Notes under the pieces: model-generated
The model's database searches: none
What the model was told of the DNA's origin: nothing
What the model saw: the letters and a program-made list of their open reading frames with translations, nothing else
Made by a program: the position numbers and the translations under genes
Assembly: GCA_963666055.2 (NCBI GenBank)
Contig: CAXWPH010000002.1
Coordinates: 224,001 to 288,000, forward strand
Source: Acidobacteriota bacterium
GTDB taxonomy: Bacteria > Acidobacteriota > UBA890 > WLXD01
Length of the DNA stretch: 64,000 nucleotides
Direction of reading: 5' to 3'
In this document: in pieces, positions 1 through 11,526 of the stretch
Layout: each line of letters begins with the position of its first letter
Position numbering within the stretch: the first letter of the stretch is position 1

Positions 1-3000
1 GAGGCGTACGATGCCGCCCTCGCGCACCGTCATCCGGCCCAGCACGCCGGGGCGCGCGAACGTGCCGACGATCTGGAGGTCGACGGCTAGGCCGAGCTCT
101 GCGTAGGGGGTGTCGATACGGAGGTCGTCAACCGTGCTGACGCGTATGTCGTAGCTCAGGTCGTCAAGCGGCGTGGGCGAGGCGGACGCACGCGCTTGGG
201 TCGCGGCCGAGGCCCCCAGCAGGTCGGCCGCGAGAGCGGCGTCGGTGCGATAGCCACCCGCCAGCAGGCGTATTTCGCCAAAGGCCCGGAGGCTGCCCTG
301 CGGCGACGCGCTGATGGTCACGTCCGCGTCGCCGAGCGCCCGACCGCCGCCGCCCTCGACCACGATCGAGCGTGCGGTGATCCGGGCGAGCCCGGTGGGG
401 CGCATGGGATCGGCCAGGTCGAAGTCGAGAAACAGCATCGCCTCGCCACCGTTGACGATGCCGTGTAGCCCGTCGGTGTGTATCTGGGTGTCGGTGATCG
501 TCAGCGTGCCGTTGACGTCGCTCACCACGACCTGCGGATCAGCGACAATAAAACCGACGTCCGTGAGTACGATACGTCCGTCGAAGCTGGGCCGTGTCGC
601 CGTGCCGGTGATTTCGAGTGTGGCGTGTGCGCCCCCCTCGACTGCCCCAGCCTTGATCATCGGCACGATCCAGCCGAGCTGCAGCTGTGACTCGAGCCGC
701 AAATCGAGCTGCTGTCGATCACCGAGCTCGATTGCGCCCGTCACAATCAAACTGACTTCGTCCCCACCCGGCCGCGTCCATATCCAGTCGACGATACGCA
801 CTACTCCGTCTTCCAGGCGCAGTCGTGTCGGTCGAAGCTGGGACACTGTGATGCCGTTGCTGCTGAGCCTCAACGAGTCCAGCTGGAGATCTGCTCGGGC
901 GTCGGCGAGCTCCAATGTGGGCATAGCCACCTGCAGCGACAAGGTGGCCTCGCCGTCGAGCTCGGCGGTCAGCTCGGGACCCAGGAGCAACGCTAGCTCG
1001 GCGGCGCTTACGGGGCCGAGCCGAGCCCGCAATACTGCCGGCTCGGGTGCCGGCCGTTCGGTGTCTCCGACAAGCAGGGCCAGCGGGATCTCTGCATCGG
1101 CTTCCAGCTCGGCGCCTTGCCAGCGCCCTCGCAACTCTCCCAGATGCAAGCCGCGCCCGTCGACCGAGGCTTGCAGCTGTACGCCTTCGAGCGTCGTTGT
1201 GTTGTCGAGCTGTACTTCGCCGTCGACGATTCGAACTGATCCCTCGGGTTGCGGCTCCAACAGCGTACCGCCGACGTGCAGCTCGGCATCAAGATCTCCG
1301 GACAACACGACCCGTCGCGTGTCGGGCGCGCCGGTGGCGAGCGTCAGCCCCATCGTGGCCAGGTCAGAGAGCCGCGAAAGGTCTCCGCGCAACCGGCCGT
1401 GGAGACCCGGCAGGGCGGGATCGCTGCCCAGCACACCGGCAACCGATAGGTCGAGGTCGCCGACGCGCAGCGCCAAGTCCTCGATGCTCACCTCGGTCGG
1501 ACTCCACATCACCCGTCCGGGAATCACGCTGCGAACCGGGAATCGTGGTAGGTCCACGTACAACGACCAAAGGTCGACCACTATGGTCGATGTCGTAAGA
1601 TCGACGCCGAGAGCGACTTCGGCGCGGGCCGATTCAATGTAGGCGAGCTCCGGCCGATCACCGAGGTCGCCGGGTGCCGGCAGATCAAGCTCCCCCAGGA
1701 GGTCGATGTGCTTGCCGCCCGGGTCGATTACTCCGCTGACCTTTATCCGGTTGTTGCCGGCACTGGCAGTCAGTTCGTCGATGCGAATGCCGTGCGTGGC
1801 GGGCGACAAGCGAGCCCGCGCATCAATGGGTACGCCGCCGCCGATGCGAATGGCGTGCGCGTCGACGGTGCCCTCGATTCCCGGGAGAGGTAGTAGCCCC
1901 TGGAACGTCAGGTCCCAATCAAGCGATCCGCTGATGCCACCGCCGGCGACCAGTCGCTCGCCCAGCCGCACAGCGTCGAGGGCGGCTTCGAGATCGGTCA
2001 CATGGCCACGTACTCGTCCTGCGACGTGGCCACTGGCGTACAGCTCCAGGTCGGCTTCCATGGTGCCGCCAGGGAACTGCACCGACGCATCACGCAGGGT
2101 GATCGAATCGCCGCTTGTCGCGATGTCGGCGGCCGCCGTCAACCAACCCGCAGCGCCGAAACGAAGCTGCTCGACCCGAGCGTGCCCGGAGATCCGCGGT
2201 TCGAGCAAGGTTCCGGTGACAGCGAGCTCCGCCGTTGCTTGCCCATCTGCCGTGGCAAGCGCCTCCAGGAGATCGGGTGCAACGTCGCTGAGACGACGAG
2301 CCACCGAGCCAACGTTGTCGACGGTGAGGTGTGCCGTCCCGTCGAGAGTGCGGCCCTCGACAGCACCCGTCAGCTCGGCCCCGATCCACAGCCCCGCAGC
2401 TACGTCGACGTCGATGCTGGCGCGCCACACACCGGCGGACAAGACGGCCTCCAGGCGTCCATCGAGCGGTACCGCGTCCGCGTCCGGCGAGCTCTCGTTG
2501 AAGCTCATCAGCAAGGACGCGGTGGTGTCTGCGACTGCCGGTGCCAGCCCAGGCCACTCGGCGTGCGCCTCACCGCTCAGCCGTGTGGCGGGAACGATCC
2601 AGCCGGAGCCCGGTGCTGCGGCGAGTAGCCGTACGGGATCGACATCCTCCCACCTCACTACGAAGTGGCTCACCGTGCCCGCCGCGAGGCCGATGTGCAG
2701 GTCACCGGTGAGATCGCCGCCGCCGAGTTCGGCGCGCAGCGCATCGATGCGGATCGCCTGCTGGTCGGCCTGGATGTGACCGCGCAGTCGTCGCAGCGAC
2801 ACCCCCCTCGATGACGCCGTCTCGATATCCAGCATCATATCTACAGTCGGCGCCGGCGCCGGGCCGCTTAGCGGCCCCGCCACCGACAGCGCGCCGCCGG
2901 CGACGTCGAGCCCGACAAGTTCGCCTAGTGTGTCCAGCAGGACTTGCGTCCGGACCTCGAGCGCCAGCTCGCGGTCGGCAAGCAACCGTTCGATGGTGCC

Positions 3001-3663
3001 GTCGATCTCCAGGCGGGCTGCGGCGCTGTCGAAGCGCAGCTGGTCGATGCCCAAGTTGCGCCCGTCCCAGCTAAGCTGGCCTCCGGAGAGTTCGATCTGC
3101 GCTTGGCGGTCGGCGATGCGCAGACTTGCCGCACCCAGCATCTCGAGCTGTGGCTTTATCGCATCCCCGAGATCGAGCCGGATGTCGCCGGCGTCGAATT
3201 CATAGCCCGCCGCTGCATCGTGCCACTCGATTTGCAGCTCGGAGATACGCAGTCGCTTCACCGGCACCGGCGCGGCGACACTCATTCCGCCACTCTCGAA
3301 ATTACTGGTACCGTCTGCGGCCACGAAGACGGTGAGGCGTGGCCTTCTCAGCTCGATGTGCTGGAACGACAATCCGCGCCAGACGGAGCTCCACGGCAGA
3401 TCGAGGGTGAGCTCGTCGGCATCGAAATACGGGCGCTCCTGGCCCGGAGTGCGCAGTTGTAGCCCGTGCAATCGAAACCATAGTGTCGGTAGCCGGTAGT
3501 CGAGCCGATCAGCATGCACGCCCCCTTCGGGGGCGATCCGTGCCAGCACGGCAGCGAGCACGCGCGCCCGCGCCCACGGCGTGTGCAGGGCGGCGATTCC
3601 GGCGACCGCCGCTAGAGCCGCCAGAGCACAGAAGACCAACAACCGGCGGCGGCGACTCGACAT
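1..3663 (-). CDS. tamB: TamB/AsmA-like translocation and assembly module protein, 3'-partial (>1220 aa)
   Basis: Not in the ORF track because it has no stop in the window. ATG at 3663 gives MSSRRRRLLVFCALAALAAVAGIAALHTPWAR (N-terminal anchor). The end reads ...DTPYAELGLAVDLQIVGTFARPGVLGRMTVREGG, typical of the TamB C-terminal region. I spot-checked the frame in several segments; the long + strand ORFs here are its antisense shadows. Confidence 0.8.
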   Translation of the reverse strand, partial: MSSRRRRLLVFCALAALAAVAGIAALHTPWARARVLAAVLARIAPEGGVHADRLDYRLPTLWFRLHGLQLRTPGQERPYFDADELTLDLPWSSVWRGLSFQHIELRRPRLTVFVAADGTSNFESGGMSVAAPVPVKRLRISELQIEWHDAAAGYEFDAGDIRLDLGDAIKPQLEMLGAASLRIADRQAQIELSGGQLSWDGRNLGIDQLRFDSAAARLEIDGTIERLLADRELALEVRTQVLLDTLGELVGLDVAGGALSVAGPLSGPAPAPTVDMMLDIETASSRGVSLRRLRGHIQADQQAIRIDALRAELGGGDLTGDLHIGLAAGTVSHFVVRWEDVDPVRLLAAAPGSGWIVPATRLSGEAHAEWPGLAPAVADTTASLLMSFNESSPDADAVPLDGRLEAVLSAGVWRASIDVDVAAGLWIGAELTGAVEGRTLDGTAHLTVDNVGSVARRLSDVAPDLLEALATADGQATAELAVTGTLLEPRISGHARVEQLRFGAAGWLTAAADIATSGDSITLRDASVQFPGGTMEADLELYASGHVAGRVRGHVTDLEAALDAVRLGERLVAGGGISGSLDWDLTFQGLLPLPGIEGTVDAHAIRIGGGVPIDARARLSPATHGIRIDELTASAGNNRIKVSGVIDPGGKHIDLLGELDLPAPGDLGDRPELAYIESARAEVALGVDLTTSTIVVDLWSLYVDLPRFPVRSVIPGRVMWSPTEVSIEDLALRVGDLDLSVAGVLGSDPALPGLHGRLRGDLSRLSDLATMGLTLATGAPDTRRVVLSGDLDAELHVGGTLLEPQPEGSVRIVDGEVQLDNTTTLEGVQLQASVDGRGLHLGELRGRWQGAELEADAEIPLALLVGDTERPAPEPAVLRARLGPVSAAELALLLGPELTAELDGEATLSLQVAMPTLELADARADLQLDSLRLSSNGITVSQLRPTRLRLEDGVVRIVDWIWTRPGGDEVSLIVTGAIELGDRQQLDLRLESQLQLGWIVPMIKAGAVEGGAHATLEITGTATRPSFDGRIVLTDVGFIVADPQVVVSDVNGTLTITDTQIHTDGLHGIVNGGEAMLFLDFDLADPMRPTGLARITARSIVVEGGGGRALGDADVTISASPQGSLRAFGEIRLLAGGYRTDAALAADLLGASAATQARASASPTPLDDLSYDIRVSTVDDLRIDTPYAELGLAVDLQIVGTFARPGVLGRMTVREGGIVRL

Positions 3664-3703
3664 GCGTATCATTCTGCCAAATCCTCGTTTGCGGAGTCTG
3701 ACC

Positions 3704-4247
3704 ATGGAAACGGCCTGGATCGATACCCTCAGCGACGAAAGCGCCTCTCCGGAGCTCGCCAAGCTGTACGATCGTGCGCTCGACCCTGTCTCCGGCGAGC
3801 TCGACAACGTCCTCCGGGTGCACTCGCTGCACGCCGCTGGACTCAGCGCCCACCTCGAGCTCTATACCGCGGTGATGCGCGGTACACCCGGGCTGCGCAC
3901 CGTCGAGCGCGAGATGATCGCGCTCGACGGTGTCGCAGTTGAACGGCTGCGGCTACTGAATCACCCATCACCGGCGTGGTTTACGCCGGCTGCTGCGCGA
4001 CGACGAGCTCGCTGGTCGCATCGAGTCGAACTACCAGAATGCGGATCTCGGCGGCCGTCGCCTGGCTATGCTGTGCTTTACGGAGAAGCTCACGCTGCGC
4101 CCCTCAGAGATGCAACGCGCCGACGTGCTCGCCTTGCGTGCGGCTGGCTTCGGCGACCCGGACATTCTGGGCATCGTCGAGGTAGTCTCCTACTATGCCT
4201 ACGTGAACCGCATCGCTGACGGTCTGGGAGTTGCACTTGAAGCCTGA
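3704..4247 (+). CDS. AhpD/CMD-like peroxidase-related protein, predicted selenoprotein (CxxU); interrupted by a +1 frameshift at ~3925
   Basis: METAWIDTL...EREMIAL, then after a 1-nt shift TVSQLNGCGY-TGA(3957-3959)-ITHHRRGLRRLL...EKLTLRP...GIVEVVSYYAYVNRIADGLGVALEA-TGA(4245-4247). Together about 180 aa with AhpD-family motifs on both sides of the TGA. Confidence 0.85.
3971..3989 (+). promoter_or_regulatory. Putative bacterial SECIS element
   Basis: Perfect 7-bp stem CCGGCGT-GGTTT-ACGCCGG starting 11 nt after the in-frame TGA, with G in the apical loop. Confidence 0.75.
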
Positions 4248-4809
4248 TCCGCCGCTGCTGACGATGGTGCCGGAATGGCGCCACGAAGATGATTCGGTGA
4301 TCGCCGAGACCCGGATCTTCACGCTGCGTCGCCGACTGGGCGTGTCGCCAAGCCGGCCGGAGCAGCCTGGCGAATTCTTCTATATCGACTCCGCTGACTG
4401 GGTGAACGTGATCGCCTTGACGGCGGCGAACGAAGTGGTGGCGATCGAGCAGTTCCGGCATGGCAACGGCGAGGTCACGCTGGAGATTCCCGGCGGCATG
4501 GTCGACCCTGGCGAGGAGCCCCTGGTGGCGGGGGTGCGCGAGCTGGCCGAGGAAACCGGCTACGCTGGTCACGGGGCGCACCTGATAGGTAAGGCGACCC
4601 CGAATCCGGCGATCTTCAACAATTACTGCCATACGGTGCTGGTGCGCGACGCGGTCGCAGCACATGCGCCGACCCCAGAGCTACACGAGGAGATCGGCAT
4701 CCGTTTGCTGCCGCTGGCGCAGATTCCCGAGCTCATCACCGCCGGTGTGATCCATCATGCGATGGTGGTCACCGCGTTCCACTTTCTCGCCCTCCAGGGA
4801 ACCAAGTGA
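4237..4809 (+). CDS. NUDIX hydrolase (ADP-ribose pyrophosphatase-like)
   Basis: Nudix box GGMVDPGEEPLVAGVRELAEETGY; TTG start at 4231 or 4237. Confidence 0.92.
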   Translation: MKPDPPLLTMVPEWRHEDDSVIAETRIFTLRRRLGVSPSRPEQPGEFFYIDSADWVNVIALTAANEVVAIEQFRHGNGEVTLEIPGGMVDPGEEPLVAGVRELAEETGYAGHGAHLIGKATPNPAIFNNYCHTVLVRDAVAAHAPTPELHEEIGIRLLPLAQIPELITAGVIHHAMVVTAFHFLALQGTK

Positions 4810-5759
4810 CGCCGCTGAGCCGGCACCCGAAGCGCGTGGCGTTGAGCGTGGCGACGATCAGCGCCATGGTTCTGGCGTGCCAGCCACCCCCTGGCGACCT
4901 GCGCATTGCTTGGGCGCCGGTGGAGTCGTTCAACCGCGGGTTGCCAGACCGGATTCGTGTGTATGCTGGCGCCGATCCCAGCATCCCGTTACGCGCTTGG
5001 TACGTAAGGGTGCAGCGACACAGCGGCGGCCAGCTCGCCCGGGTATCGATCTCCACCGACGACGACGGCGTGGAGACGATTTCGGAGTTCGCGGCCCGGA
5101 CATCGGCGCGTGTGGTCATTAACGCGGGATTCTTCCGCACCGACACCGAGCTACCGCAACACATCGGCCTCTTGCTGATCGATCAAGTGCTCCTACAGCG
5201 GCCGCTGACGTCGGTCATCTACGACGAGCAGCGCTACTACGTGGCACGTGCGGCGCTCGGTTTGATGCTTGACGGTTCGGCTGACGTTCTCTGGGTCACC
5301 GGACACGAAGGCTTGCTTTACGAACAATCGGAGCCACCGCAGAATGTGCCGAACGCGCCGGCGGCGGAACCGCAGGCTGATTCCTTGGTCGAGTGGCCGG
5401 TGCGCGACGCGGTAGCCGGGGGGCCGGTCCTGGTTGACGCTGGTGAGGTGCGAGTCACGAGTCATCAAGAAGTTTTCTTTGGCACCGCTAGCGAAGAGGC
5501 GCATCCGCGCTCAGCGGCGGGCGTAACCGCCGCGGGAGAGTTGATCGTCATAGTGGTCGATGGTCGCCAACGGGAGAGCCGTGGGGTAGATCTGCGGGAG
5601 CTGGCCGAGCTGATGCGCGACGTCGGCTGCGTCGAGGCGCTCAATCTCGACGGCGGTGGATCGTCGACGCTGGTCGTTGACGGCGCACTGGTAAACCGGC
5701 CGCTGGGGAGTGAGTCGCAGCGCGAGGTCATGTCGGCGCTGATGGTCATGGAACCTTGA
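4806..5759 (+). CDS. Phosphodiester glycosidase family (NAGPA-like) exported protein
   Basis: INAGFF, HPRSAAG, VVDGRQ and ALNLDGGGSS motifs; N-terminal signal or lipobox-like segment. Confidence 0.9.
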   Translation: MTPLSRHPKRVALSVATISAMVLACQPPPGDLRIAWAPVESFNRGLPDRIRVYAGADPSIPLRAWYVRVQRHSGGQLARVSISTDDDGVETISEFAARTSARVVINAGFFRTDTELPQHIGLLLIDQVLLQRPLTSVIYDEQRYYVARAALGLMLDGSADVLWVTGHEGLLYEQSEPPQNVPNAPAAEPQADSLVEWPVRDAVAGGPVLVDAGEVRVTSHQEVFFGTASEEAHPRSAAGVTAAGELIVIVVDGRQRESRGVDLRELAELMRDVGCVEALNLDGGGSSTLVVDGALVNRPLGSESQREVMSALMVMEP

Positions 5760-5797
5760 AGGCCTGCCGGGCCGCTGAAGATGGAGGGGATCAGACA

Positions 5798-7099
5798 ATG
5801 TCGAGGCGTTTTTGGTCGGTGGCGGTGTCGGGGTGGCTCGTGGTTGTTGCGGGGTGCTCCGCGCCTGAGCCGATCGAGGTTACTGAAGCCGATTTTGGGG
5901 CTGTGGCGCGTGGCATCCACGAGCGCGTCATCACTATCGATACTCACGACGACATCCCCGCGAGCTTTGCCACCACCGAGGTCGATCCGGGCGTTCGTGG
6001 CGATCGGCAGGTCGACCTGCCCAAGATGCGCGAGGGCGGCCTCGATGTGGCGTTCTTCGTCGTCTTCGTGGGTCAAGGCGACAACGACGCCGCCGGATAC
6101 ACTGGTGCCTACGAACAGGCGATGACGAAGTTCGAAGCGATCCATCGGCTGACCGAGCAGATGCACCCGGACTTGATCGAGCTGGCCACCAGCGCCGCTG
6201 ATGTGGAGCGCATCGTTGGCGAGGGCAAGCTGGTGGCGGCGATCGGTATCGAGAACGGCTGGCCGGTGGGCGAGGACCTGACGAACGTCGCCAAGTTCCA
6301 CGAGCTGGGTGGAGGCTATTTCGGATTGGTACACAACGGGCACAACCAGATCGCCGACTCCACCAATCCGCGCGACGGCGAGCCCGCCGAGCTGCACGGT
6401 GGCGTGAGCGACTATGGCGCCGAGGTGATCGCCGAGGTCAACCGCGTGGGCATGATGATCGACGTGTCGCACGCCTCCAAGGCAGCCATGCTCGAGGCCC
6501 TGGAGCTGTCTCAGGCGCCAGTGATCGGGTCGCACTCGGGATGCAGCGCGCTGTGCGATGTGAGCCGCAACATGGATGACGAGCAGCTGCTGGCCCTGAG
6601 GGAGAACGGTGGCGTGATTCAGATGGTTGCGCTCGGTGACTTCGTGAAGATCACGTCGGAGCGCGAGGCGGCCATCGACGAGCTGGCGCGCGAGATCGCC
6701 GGCATGGACAGCATGCGGGCGCTACGCCGTAGCCGTTTCTCCGCCCCCGAGGAGGAGCGTCCTGCGATCGAGCTGCAGCTGGCCGAGATTCAGGCGAGAG
6801 TGGTGGCGGAGGTCGATCCCGTGTATCCAGCGGCGAGCGTCGCCGACTTTGTCGATCACATCGACCACGCCGTGAACCTGATCGGTCTCGAGCATGTCGG
6901 TATCAGCTCCGACTTCGACGGCGGCGGTGGCGTGGTCGGCTGGAACGACGCCAGCGAGACCCTGAACGTGACGCTGGAGCTTGTCCAACGTGGCTATAGC
7001 GAGGACGAGATCCGCGCTCTCTGGGGCGGTAACCTGCTGCGCGTTTGGCGTGAGGTAGAGGAGGTGGCGCGGAGCATGCAGGCGTCGGGAGCTAGCTGA
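5798..7099 (+). CDS. Membrane dipeptidase (peptidase M19), lipoprotein
   Basis: IDTHDD, IENG, DVSH, SHS and GISSDFDGG motifs; lipobox VAGC; SD-like GGAGG upstream. Confidence 0.92.
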   Translation: MSRRFWSVAVSGWLVVVAGCSAPEPIEVTEADFGAVARGIHERVITIDTHDDIPASFATTEVDPGVRGDRQVDLPKMREGGLDVAFFVVFVGQGDNDAAGYTGAYEQAMTKFEAIHRLTEQMHPDLIELATSAADVERIVGEGKLVAAIGIENGWPVGEDLTNVAKFHELGGGYFGLVHNGHNQIADSTNPRDGEPAELHGGVSDYGAEVIAEVNRVGMMIDVSHASKAAMLEALELSQAPVIGSHSGCSALCDVSRNMDDEQLLALRENGGVIQMVALGDFVKITSEREAAIDELAREIAGMDSMRALRRSRFSAPEEERPAIELQLAEIQARVVAEVDPVYPAASVADFVDHIDHAVNLIGLEHVGISSDFDGGGGVVGWNDASETLNVTLELVQRGYSEDEIRALWGGNLLRVWREVEEVARSMQASGAS

Positions 7100-7283
7100 G
7101 GCAAGACCTCGCACCGTCGCGTTGGCCCGCTTCGCTCGATTTGCACGACTGCTGGCGGCGGCGGACACTGGTGCGCGTTGGACTCAACGTCGAGCCGCCG
7201 AATGGTGGCGGCTCCATGCTCCTGAACAGGTCGAGTCGCAGGTAGCTTGACGGCCCCGCGTCTCCGGTAACCGAGGACGAGAC

Positions 7284-7681
7284 ATGCGTGGCTACTTATT
7301 TTTGGCCCATTCGGGCGTTCGCTATCTGGTGCTGCTGGCAGCGATCGTTGCCATCGCCTATTTGCTGATGGCGGTGATGCAGCGTCGCCCATTCGGCAAG
7401 GGGTCGCGCACGCTCAGTGCGATATACACTGGCCTGCTGGATTTGCAGACGCTGCTCGGCCTGATCAACATGATGGTGGTGCCGTTCTACCCGCGGCTAC
7501 TCGGCCACATCTTCCTCATGTTCGGGGCCGTCTTCGCAGCCCACGGCTTCGTGATGACCAACAAGCGCAAGTCGGAAGCCGAGCAGACTAACCTCGCCCC
7601 GCTGCTTGGCGTGGTCGTATCGGTGGGTCTCATCATCCTGGGCATCATGGCAATTGGCCGGCCGATCTTCGGCTCGTCCTG

Positions 7682-7682
<1 letters not shown>
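7284..7682 (+). CDS. Small 4-TM membrane protein (conserved hypothetical)
   Basis: HSGVRYLVL...LLDLQTLLG...H pattern with four hydrophobic helices; its stop overlaps the next ATG. Confidence 0.75.
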
Positions 7683-9177
<1,495 letters not shown>

Positions 9178-9181
<4 letters not shown>

Positions 9182-9320
9182 CACGGCCTGCTAGCAGGGT
9201 GCTGAAGAGCTCTGGTGGGTCACGTGCGTGGGTCTTGCTGGCGAGATCAAGAAAGAGCGGCGGCGCCGTGCCTTCACGGCGTGGGCTCGAGCCTGCCACC
9301 CTACACCCGACCCCACGGCT
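9178..9320. repeat. Remnant plus diverged relative of the CTAG-element family
   Basis: CTAG-CACGGCCTG-CTAG at the M32 stop, then CAGGGTGCTGAAGAGCTCTGGTGGGTC (TIR-like) and hairpin CGCCGTG-CCTT-CACGGCG. Right boundary approximate. Confidence 0.6.
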
Positions 9321-9381
9321 CCGATAAGGTTCGAGCCTGAACCCCTATACCAACAAGCACTGTTGTACTCGGAGGTCTGTC

Positions 9382-11526
9382 ATGCATCGCCGCGCGCTCA
9401 CGCTGTTGACCCTCATCCTCAGCCTGGGGGTGATCCTTGGTCCGACATCGAGTATGGCTCAGGAGGCGGCATCCGCAGAAGCGGAGCCTGGCCGTCTGGC
9501 TGCCGAAGACACCCTACGAATCAGCAATGTCGGCAACCCGCGCTTCTCGCCGGACGGTGAGTGGGTGCTATACACCGTGGCGGCGCGCGATATGGATGAC
9601 GACGAGCTGTCGCGCTATACACACCTGTATCGCGTACGTGTGGATGGCACCGGCGGGCGGCAACTGACCCGGGGAGACAGCTCCGCCAGCTCGCCGCAGT
9701 GGTTTCCGTCGGGCGACAAGTTCGCCTTCCTTCGCGAGGTCGACGACGCCAGTCAGGTATATGCCATGCACACCGATGGTGGTGAGGCCTGGCAGGTGAC
9801 AGATTCCGAGGAAGGGGCGGGCACCTACGGGATCTCTCCGGACGGCGGCAAGATCTGGTTTGTGGCGCGTAACCCCGAGACCGCCGAGCAGAAGCGGCGC
9901 GCCGAGCAGCACGACGATGCCGTCGTCGTCGATGCCGAGTTCCGCTTCAGCCACCTCTGGGTGCACGATATGGAGGCGGGTGAGTCGACGCGGCTGACGG
10001 AGGGCGACTTTACGGTTAGCGACCCGCGTTGGTCGCCTGATTCCAGCCGTATCGCCTTCGTTACGCGGCCGACGACCAAGGTGAACGACGGCTGGAACAG
10101 CGACATCCGCGTCGCCGATGTTGCCTCGGGCGAGTCTCGTGTGCTGTTCGAGAACCCCGGCCCCGACAGCTCGCCGCGCTGGTCTCCGGACGGCGACAAG
10201 ATCGCCTTCACGGCCAACACCCACACCGGAACAACGGTCTGGCACAGCAAGCTCTACCTGTTGCCGGCAGATGGCGGCGGCGAACCCGAGATCTTGCTCG
10301 AGGACTTCGACTTGAACGCCGGCCCGCCGATTTGGGCTCCCAACGGCGTCGATATCTACTGGGCCACCGGTGAGCGTACCAACGTGGCGCTTTACTCGGT
10401 GCAGGTAGCTACCGACGAAGTTCTGCGGCACGGTGTGCCCTCGGGCGCCAACTTCCAGTTCCAGCTGTCGCCCGATGGCGGCCGCTGGGTATGGGTGCAC
10501 TCCAACCCGACGCATCCATCGGAGCTCTACACCGCGCCGTCGAACGATCTGTCGCAGCTCACGCGTCTCACCACCCACAATGCCTGGCTGGCCGAGTCGT
10601 TCGAGCTCGCCGCCGCCCGCCCCATCACCTGGACCAACTCCGACGGTCAGGAGATCGAGGGCGTGGTGCACTTTCCGATCGGGTATCGGGAGGGGACGGC
10701 GTACCCGCTTATCGTCCACCCGCACGGTGGTCCCAGCGGCGCGGTGACGACGTCGTTCAACTCCACCAACCAGATGCTCGCCGCCAACGGCTTCCTGGTG
10801 TTCCAGCCCAACTTCCGCGGCAGCTCCAACTACGGCCAGGAGTTCCTCAACGCCAACCGTGACAACTGGGGCACACGCGACTACGACGACATCATGACCG
10901 GGGTCGACGACCTCATCGCGCGCGGCTGGGCCGATGCGGATCGGATGGTCGCCTACGGATGGAGCTACGGTGGCTACATGACCTTCTGGATGTCCACCCA
11001 GACCGATCGATTCAAGCTGATCTCACCGGGTGCCGGGCTCACCAACTTGTACTCGATGTACAGCACGACCGACATTCCGGGATACATGGGGTGGTTCTTC
11101 GGCACGCCGTGGGACGACGAGGACGCGTACCGACGCCACTCGCCCATCCGCCACGTGAAAAACGTCACTGCCAAGATGTTGATCATGCACGGCGCCGACG
11201 ATGCCCGCGTGCCCCCGGGGCAGGCGGTGGAGTTCTATCAGGCGCTGCGCGATTTGGGTAAGGACGTGACGTATGTGTCGTACCCACGTCAGGGCCACGG
11301 TATCGCCGAGCCGCGACTGCAGGTGGACCGCCTGCGCCGCTACGTGTGTGCGTTCACCGACGCGGTGAGTATCGAGGCCACAACCGAGGAGTGTGACGAT
11401 GGCGTCCCGGCGATAGTGGCCGACGACGAGGAGGAGAGCGCAGAAACGGCGGCGGCGTCAGGTCGCGCTCCAAACGCCAGCGAGCTCGACACCGGCGTCT
11501 ATCGGGTGATTCAGTTCCACCGCTAG
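9382..11526 (+). CDS. S9 family peptidase (acylaminoacyl/dipeptidyl peptidase) with beta-propeller
   Basis: Signal peptide, repeated PRWSPDG units, HGGP, GWSYGG nucleophile, HGADDARV, QGH. Confidence 0.95.
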   Translation: MHRRALTLLTLILSLGVILGPTSSMAQEAASAEAEPGRLAAEDTLRISNVGNPRFSPDGEWVLYTVAARDMDDDELSRYTHLYRVRVDGTGGRQLTRGDSSASSPQWFPSGDKFAFLREVDDASQVYAMHTDGGEAWQVTDSEEGAGTYGISPDGGKIWFVARNPETAEQKRRAEQHDDAVVVDAEFRFSHLWVHDMEAGESTRLTEGDFTVSDPRWSPDSSRIAFVTRPTTKVNDGWNSDIRVADVASGESRVLFENPGPDSSPRWSPDGDKIAFTANTHTGTTVWHSKLYLLPADGGGEPEILLEDFDLNAGPPIWAPNGVDIYWATGERTNVALYSVQVATDEVLRHGVPSGANFQFQLSPDGGRWVWVHSNPTHPSELYTAPSNDLSQLTRLTTHNAWLAESFELAAARPITWTNSDGQEIEGVVHFPIGYREGTAYPLIVHPHGGPSGAVTTSFNSTNQMLAANGFLVFQPNFRGSSNYGQEFLNANRDNWGTRDYDDIMTGVDDLIARGWADADRMVAYGWSYGGYMTFWMSTQTDRFKLISPGAGLTNLYSMYSTTDIPGYMGWFFGTPWDDEDAYRRHSPIRHVKNVTAKMLIMHGADDARVPPGQAVEFYQALRDLGKDVTYVSYPRQGHGIAEPRLQVDRLRRYVCAFTDAVSIEATTEECDDGVPAIVADDEEESAETAAASGRAPNASELDTGVYRVIQFHR

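Noticed and set aside
314-2779. Long + strand ORFs (442 and 357 aa)
   Set aside because: Ser/Pro/Arg-rich antisense shadows of the minus-strand TamB-like gene.
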